Below, one piece after another: positions 56,136 through 64,000 of a stretch of DNA of 64,000 nt. This stretch comes from Azolla caroliniana. Taxonomy: Eukaryota > Plantae > Polypodiophyta. Numbering within the stretch: position 1 is the stretch's first letter; every line of letters begins with the position of its first letter. The translations under genes and the position numbers were made by a program. The DNA lies in contig JBHGNT010000015.1 of NCBI GenBank assembly GCA_043228905.1, positions 18,972,001 to 19,036,000 on the forward strand. Reading direction: 5' to 3'. Under the pieces are notes generated by a model. It was given only the letters and a program-made list of their open reading frames with translations, ran no database searches and was not told where the DNA came from.

Positions 56136-58189
56136 AGCCTCATTATTTTATAGATGTTGAGATAGCTAAAGTTTGTATTGTCTCTCTAGCTCTCAGAGTT
56201 AAGCTATATCAGCACAAGGTCATGAATTCAAATCCTTTTAGTTCCTTCCACAAATCTGTGTTACGCAGCATGCCATATACAGATTATCCTAAACCAAAAT
56301 CCCCATTACTTCAACACACTCATGAACTCATGGTCTCCGAATAGTTGACACAACAATCTCTCTCTCTCCCTCACTCTCTACCTCTGTCCATGATCATCAT
56401 CATTTATATATATATATATATATCCTACCTTGCTATTTGGACCGGTCGACTGTGCCAATGGGCCCTTGATGCAGTCCTTGTCCAAGAGTTTTGATCGTGA
56501 AGCTCGCATCTCGCTCCTCTCTCGCGCTTGCAAAATGAAGAGGAGGTGCCATGGCTGTTTGTTTCAACAGGACATGTTAAGGAGAATCCACAATACAATG
56601 CCTATGGTTCTCCATATTTACAAAACTAGCCCTCTCATTTATGTACCATGGTTTCTCTTTGTCTTTATCTTTGGGGGGGGGGGGGGGGGGGGGCTCTCTT
56701 TGTGGACACTATCAATTTTCTCAAACGCATAGTTTGTCTTCTCGGAACCTGATATCGAAAGCATTTCGGCTTGAGGAAAGCTCTTTATGTGTACTGCAGA
56801 ACATGTGGGTCTCGTGCATTAGCCTTGTGTCCCATGCCGACAATATATAGCCTTGTCGAATACGTTTATCCATCTTCACGGCTCTCGGCCTCAACACACT
56901 TCGTTTCAGGAAGTTTCTGTCTTTTGTACTAGCCACCTCTATCTTTTTTGATGTTTATTGACTTTGTGCGAACTTTACTCATCCTCCTGGCCCTTTACAT
57001 TCAAGCTTTTCATTTAAGTTATTTGTATGGTTGAAGAAGCATTTGGATGTGTACTAGGCATGCCTATCTTTGTCTGCATTGTCGCTTCCTCCAACACATT
57101 ATCACTCTTCATAGTCCTAGGAAAATCAAGCATTTCAAATTTGGGAAGCCGTATTAATGTAGTCATCTATGGATTGAACTAGCCTTTCATGACATGCTTT
57201 TGATTATGAATGTATTATGATAGTATTTTTGCCGCCTTCTTCTTTCTTGAATTGGGGTTTCATCATAATGATTAAACCATGACAAGTCAAAAACAATTAC
57301 TACCACATTGATATATGTTATGCTTATTTGTATTTCCTCTACGGAAACTCATTGCACTCTTTGAGGGTGTTCATATACAAGTTTGACAAAACATATGCGT
57401 ATCAATTACTTGACCTAACTTGTGTAAAAAAGAACCTAACCCTAGCATCAATTGCCAAGAATTTCTCATGGTTTTTGACAGCTACATCTCCAAATTAAAC
57501 TTTTATTATTTGCATGGAATTAAAAGGGCCATTAACTTATTGTAAAGATGTTATTTTCAAATGTGATCATGCGTACTTTTTGAACTCTGAGAATCATATG
57601 TAGGTTATTTTAAATGTCCCAAATCTTCAAGCAACCTATTTGATTATGCCTTTAGCCTTCTCCTCCAAGCGCTGTCATCTCTCCACCTAATTATCCTATG
57701 GCCTCAATATTGAGGCAGAACTTATTTCTCTGGTTAATTCTTTTACTTGCATTTCCCACCAGCTTCTTCCATCCAATTTTTTAAGATACACATCTGACAT
57801 CTCAATAAATAATGAACCTGCGATCTATATTCTTTTTATGGCTCAGGGTATCAGCTACTGTAACATCCTAGAATCTTCATCAATGCTCCAGTGTTTGCAA
57901 TTCGCATGTCATCTGCCCACGTGGCATCTCAATAATATTCACCAGTGCTAGGTATACATGAGCACATTTATTACTCCAAAGAGATACCTTTCCGAATTCT
58001 ACAATGCTGTAATGCATACCTGTCAGAACAGCTGCAATGAGTTGACTTCCATGGTTTTCGATGCTTTATTGTCGGGCTGAATATTTTCATATGCTTAGAA
58101 TATTTGCACAATGCATATATTCATTTCTTAGTTTATCTTCCACTACCCCCACCTCCGCCCCCCCCCCCCAAAAAAAAAAACTCCAGCAG

Positions 58190-58500
58190 CATACAGGCAT
58201 CTGAATAGATATTGACCATTAACATGAATGATCCAGTAACTTTATCATTCTGGATTTACTGCAGAAAGGAATGCTTTGATCATTGAACACCCAGTCCTTT
58301 TGAATATATACTCAACAGTACATAACCAGGGTGCATTAAATCTTCATGGCATCTGTCCACACATAGCATCTTAAAAAGACAGTGATCATTAAGATGTATG
58401 CTCCAGCAACTTTATTATTTTGAATTTAACGCATAATTGAAGAAATGCTTGAATCATTGAACATGTGACCCTTTCTGAACAAATACTCAGCAATGTGTAT
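58190..58500 (-). pseudogene. Two decayed tandem copies of the 3' end (E-domain region) of the adjacent PPR gene
   Basis: 58196-58285 and 58335-58460 align by eye to 58575-58690 (GCATCTGAATA.ATATTGACCATTAA...AACTTTATCAT; CTTCAT.GCATCTGTCCACA). Confidence 0.75.
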
Positions 58501-58532
58501 ATTCATTTTTCTCCCATTATGTCTTCAAACTT

Positions 58533-61500
58533 TCAGGCAGCCTCCCGCCATCCACCTTTCTTTAACCGCAGTGCTTCAACCTTCATAGCATCTGTCCACA
58601 TATGGGCATCTGAATAAATATTGACCATTAAAATATATGCTCCCGCAACTTTATCATCTGAATTCAATGCAGAATCAAAGGAATGTTTCCCTAGCTCTAC
58701 ATCACCCCATTTTCGGCAAGCACTTAACATCGTACTCCATACCACAAAATCAGGTTCAAATGGCATTTTCTCTGCTGTCAGAACAGCTTCATCAAGTTGA
58801 CCTGCACGACCAAGTAGATCAACCATACAATTCTGATGCTTAAGAGTTGGACTAATTTTATATTCTTGAATCATCAGTATAAAGCAATCTCTTCCTATGT
58901 CAACGAGACCAGCATGATTACATGCCGTCAAAAGATTAAGGAAAGAAACTCCATCTGGCTGTATGTTTTCCATTCTCATCCTCGAAAATAAATTAAATAC
59001 ACACTCCCAATCACCTTGACGAGCATAGCCTGTACTTAATGTGTTCCATGAAGCAAGATCCCAAACAGGCAAAGTATCAAGGAGTTGTTGAGCATCCAGC
59101 ATGCTTCCACACCTTCCATACATATCAACAAGGGCATTTGTAAGAACGACTTCCGATGTTTCAGATATAATTCTGTTAATCATGGAATGGAACTTTTTCC
59201 CTGTTTCAAGGGCCACAGCATCACCACATGCTTTCAAAGTGCTGACAAAGATTCTGCTATCAGGTAATACACCCTGCTCTTGTAGTTGTCCATAGAGTTT
59301 GAGTGCCTTCTCACAGTCTACTTCAGCATATGATAGGATCATAGAATTCCACACAACAACATCTGGATACACACCATCTTGTTGCATCTCTTCAAAACAG
59401 ACATAGGCTTCCTCACAAAGGCCAAGGTCAGTATAGCCTGAGATCAGTGCAGTCCAAGAGATTATATCTCGTGAAGGTAATTGATCTAGCAAGCCATGCG
59501 CCTCCTCAAGAAAGCCACATTTACAATACATGTCCACCAGCGCACTACAAATGTAAGCATCTCTTTCATAACCTTTTTTAGCAATCTCTGAATGAAATGC
59601 TTGACCCTTGTGGATAATGCTGAGTTTACTACAAGCTCTTAATCCAGAAACATACGTAAAGGCATTTGGTGAGACGCTCTCCATACACATTCTCTGGAAA
59701 CAATTCAATGCTTCCTTGCTAGATCCATGCTCAGCGTAGCCAGCAATTAGAGCAGTCCAAGTGAGCACATCTCGAGCACCCATGGTATCAAATACTTCTT
59801 GTGCTTCTGCAAGTTCACCACACTTAGCGTATAGCACTACCAAACAACTCGCCACATGGAAATTCAATTCAAACCCATCCTTTACAACTTCTGCATGAAA
59901 TTTTTGTCCCCTTCTTAGGGTTCCAGGCTCACAACAAGATTTCAAGACAAAAATGTATGTTAATGCATCAGGAAACACCCCTTCTAGTTGCATGCTTTTA
60001 AAACAGTTCTCCACTTCTTCACTAAGCTTCCGTTCAGCATATCCAGCAATGACAGCATTCCAAGTCACAACATCGTGTATTGATAACCCCACAAATGTCT
60101 CCCATGATTCAGATAATAGGCCACATTTTGCATACATATCAACTAGAGTATTACCAACTACAATATTTACTTCCAGCCCTTGCTTCATGATTTCAATGTG
60201 TAATGATTGGCCCCTCTTCGCCACTCGTTCAGAGCTACAAGCCTTCAATGCACACACGAAAGTGATATAATTAGGAGACACTCCAGCTGATTTCATTTCT
60301 TCGAAACAATTCCATGCATCTTCACCAAATGCACGTTCACTATAAGCTGTAAGGACAGTGTTCCATGCAACTATATCTCGAATCTCTAGTTTATCAAATA
60401 TGTGGTATGCTTCTATGAGAGAATTGCATTTAACATACATGTCTATCAAAGTGTTTCCCACAATGCCTTCATTTTCAAATCCCTTTTTGACAAGCTCACA
60501 ATGAATATCCCTACTTTTACTGATTGTTTGCAAACTTCCACAAGCTTTTAAGCTGCAAGAAAGTGTAACAGCATTTGGAGACATTTTGCTTCTCATTCTC
60601 TCCAGGCACTTCAGAACTTCTTCACCATGTCCATACTCTGAATAGCCAGCAATGAGGGCATTCCAAGAAACTATATCTTGAAAAGCAAGCATATCGAAGG
60701 TATTCTGTGCTTCTGCAACTTGGCCACATTTAGCATAAAAGTCCACTAGTGTGTTTCCCACAAATGCATTTGTTTCATATCCTTTCTTCATAACTTCACT
60801 GTATATCCTTTGTCCATGAATTAAAGTTCCCAAACTGCTACATGCTTTCAAAACACATACATATGTGCCAGCATCAGGAGATATACCATCTGCTTGCATT
60901 CTCTCAAAGCATGTAAGAGCTTGTTCTGGAAGAGAATGGTCTACATATCCTGCAACCAATGCAGTCCATAACACTGTGTCTCTAACTGAAAGTGTATCAA
61001 AAATATCTCGTGCTTCTTCTAAAAATCCACCTTTTGCATACATATCCACCAAAATGCTACCAATAAACCGATCTGTTTCATATCCTTCCTTAACGATTTC
61101 ATAATGTATTTCCCGTCCTTTATGTATGATATTCGACCTTACACATGCTGTTAAGAGGGCAACAAATGTGAAACTATTCGGATACACAAATTCTTGTTTC
61201 ATTCTATTATAGAGATCAAAAGCGTGTTGAGTTTCTCCACAATCAATGTGAGCTTGGATGAGAGAAGTCCAGGAGTATTCATTTCGATATTGTAGATTTT
61301 CAAAGACACGCAAGGCACAAGTGATACTACCACAATCGACAAATGCAGGAACAAAGTAGTTTCCAAGAGATATATTTCTATTCGAATTAAGAGTGTCAGA
61401 TATCAAGGCAAACATACGGTCCAGACCTGGTAAATCCTTTTCTCTCTTGCATTTAAGCAAGATAAATATGAAGTCATCATTTGATGGGAATTTTGTGGTC

Positions 61501-62429
61501 TGCTCCAGATACGAGATCGCATCTCCAGTGCTTACTGTTCTCCAATCACAAGAATTCTTTTGGTTTCTCGCCAGATCAATTCCATTAAGATCATCAAGCA
61601 ACATAGCTTTCCCAGAAGAATCTGATCCTCCAGTCTCTGTAACTGAAACTGTTCTTTTTGTTAATCGCACATCACATGTAACCTTTGCGTTTTTCATCAA
61701 ATCACTCCTTTTAATATCATTAACCAGCACATGATTTCCTGAAAGATCAATTCTTTTCTTCTCTGAAGCTGAATTCCTGCACTTACCATTCTCCACTCAC
61801 AAAATCTTCACTTTTTTCTTCACATCGCTACCTGTACTCTCTGAAACTCTTTCTCTTACGCTTATTGTGTTGTCCTTCCAGTTGATACATGTAGGATCAT
61901 CAAGCAACACAGAATTTTCTCTATAATCACATCCTGTATTCTCTGGGACTCCATCCCGTGTGATTATTGTTCTCATATCACAAGAGATCTCCGTGTTCTT
62001 CTTTTCATTGCTATCTATATTCTCTGGAACTCCATCTCCAGTGCTTAACCTCTTCAAATCACACGCAATTATCATGCTTTTCTTCAAATCAATACTTCTA
62101 AGCTCATCAAGAGACACAGAATCTCCTGAAAGACCATATGTTCTACTCTCACAAAAATCGATCTTTACAGCTTCGATTTCTATGGCTTCAGATGTATGGC
62201 TCTGAAAAGCATAAAAGCACGGGAAAATCTTGATGCCAAAAGGAGGTCGAAAACCTGCAGAAACTGAGAAGTTCGTAGGGTTAAAGAACAACATCCAGAA
62301 CGTCTGCGTGAAGGTAACAGGAAAACTACAGAGATATGATTCTGTCAGACTCCCTAGCCATTCCAATCTACAAAACATAGCGACGTCTGAATCTCTAGAA
62401 TCTACATTCATTCTTTTGGAAAAGAACAT
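58533..62429 (-). CDS. Large PLS-E class PPR protein. The N-terminal ORF (61797-62429) and PPR ORF (58533-61796) are in the same frame, separated by one TGA
   Basis: Long array of PLS triplets, E domain (HQNCMVDLLGRAG...WSTMLSACRKWG...AGAYILMVNIY), no DYW. The junction reads KVKIL*VENG. Confidence 0.9.
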
Positions 62430-63019
62430 ATCCCTTTTTCTCGCTTGAAAACTGTAGAGAGCTGATGCTCTGAGCCTCTACATCCACTCCAGTGAGCAAA
62501 GACCATGTCTCTCTCACAACAAGAGATGGTTGATTCCCTCATGATGCATTCCCACTCCAGCAAAGAAAAGAAAGAACGTTTCTCTTGTCTGGAAACTACG
62601 GAGATCTGATTCTCTCAAACTCCAAACTCCATGGCAGCGAACGAGAATTTAGAAACTCCATCTGTCTCTGTCTCTGTCTCTGTCTCTGTGTCTCCATGAC
62701 CTTCGCGATGGAACGGGAACCTATCTGCCCCCGTCTATTCTGTCTCTGTCTCTGTCACTGTCTACCTCCATAGCCGTTCTGTACAGAGCAGAGGGAAGGA
62801 GGGGTATTTTTGTAAATAACTAAAACCTCATAGAATAAACCTTTTGTGTGAAATATGTATATATGTATATATGTATGTAAACTCTAGGGGTATAAGTGGT
62901 ATATGTATATAGTATGTATATGTTGTATAGATAAGATCAATATTACATTTTTGAAAGCATGAAGCAAAGCCTTGTTTGTTCTTTTTACATTTGGTGAGAG
63001 TCTAGATTTGGTTGAGCTA

Positions 63020-63245
63020 GAATCTAATGTAAACATGAAAATAAGAAAATTAATAGAGACTTTGAGAAAGAAAGAAAGATATATTAACATTTTCTAAGAC
63101 CAAGAGAGAGAGAGAAGGGTGTTGATCCACCTGACCACCCCTAAAGCAAAGGGATCGAGAGAGGCTCTAGTAATCTAACGTAAACATGAAAATAAGAAAT
63201 TATAGAGGCAGAGAGAGGAAGAGAAGGGTGTCGATCCACCCTAGA
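63020..63245. repeat. Diverged direct duplication
   Basis: AATCTAA.GTAAACATGAAAATAAGAAA...GAGAAGGGTGT.GATCCACC at ~63021 and ~63172. Confidence 0.6.
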
Positions 63246-64000
63246 GCAACGGGGTCGACACAAACTCTGTCATGGAGTGTCATTCAGGTCTCAAGTTTCT
63301 GTCAATCTTGTTGCTCGAGGGTGCAAAGGTATGGTATTGATCTTATATTGGGCTTTGAGTTGATATAGGCATGTGCTCACTATGAGAGTATATTCATCAC
63401 AATCTCAACATAGTCAAATGATCCCCCGATGAGGTTAGTTAGGCCTTGTATTTATAACCAGACTTAAGCCCCCAAGAAGAGTTTATACTTGGCCCTTAAG
63501 GGTTGTCTCGATCCCTATGATTATAAGTACTCTTCCCTTCTTTACATTCTCAACTAATCCTCACACTCCCTACTCTCGTGTGTAGAAGACGCAAACACCC
63601 ACGGGATAAGTTATGGTTATGCGTGTAACAAGATTATTGACCACATGAGAATTAAGATTAAGTACATCACATTTTAAGAAAAAACACAAGCAAGGTTGAG
63701 GTATTTGGAGCATATACCCAATCAACAAAGTCTTCAATGGAGTAAAGGGATCGTACATTAGCTCAACAAGCCTTGATATAGTTTCAATAAAAATCCAGCT
63801 CTTGGTCGTGGGCAATGTGGAATCAACTGACCAAAGCTTTTAAAGTAGTTTGAGGACTAGTCAATAGAAGCTTTAGATACCTATCGGCTATGCCATTTGT
63901 CATTGTCTGTAAGTAAGATCGCGACAAGTGGATAAAGCTCCCAATTTGATCAATTGGGCTTCGTATAGAAGCATAAGATGCCTATCGGTTATGGTATTAG

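Noticed and set aside
61797-61799. U-to-C RNA editing or selenocysteine recoding of the PPR TGA
   Set aside because: Plant U-to-C editing is organellar and land plants lack Sec machinery; a mutation, sequencing error or splicing is more parsimonious.

Overview
AT-rich, intron-containing nuclear DNA from a land plant. Large intronless PLS-E PPR genes and a Penelope-like element suggest a fern or lycophyte (inference). Supported genes: the 3' part of a NIPA-type Mg2+ transporter, a small His-rich 'YDPxSYALNFD' protein, an atypical small thaumatin-like protein with a GC-AG intron, a RALF precursor, a 7-exon CDPK, a chloroplast GNAT5-like acetyltransferase and two PPR genes. Also present: a nucleotide-sugar transporter pseudogene fragment, two hAT-type MITEs with 8-bp TSDs, Gypsy, Copia and LINE debris, a probable solo LTR and many local tandem duplications. 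Most notable: (1) a charge-reversed RALF whose mature peptide keeps YISY and all 4 Cys but has no Lys/Arg (8 Asp, 16 Thr); (2) head-to-head Penelope-like elements with a possible N-terminal GIY-YIG and three decayed type I hammerhead ribozyme motifs; (3) a PPR gene with a tandemly amplified N-terminal motif split by a single TGA at a Cys position. All annotation was done by eye; no database searches were run.
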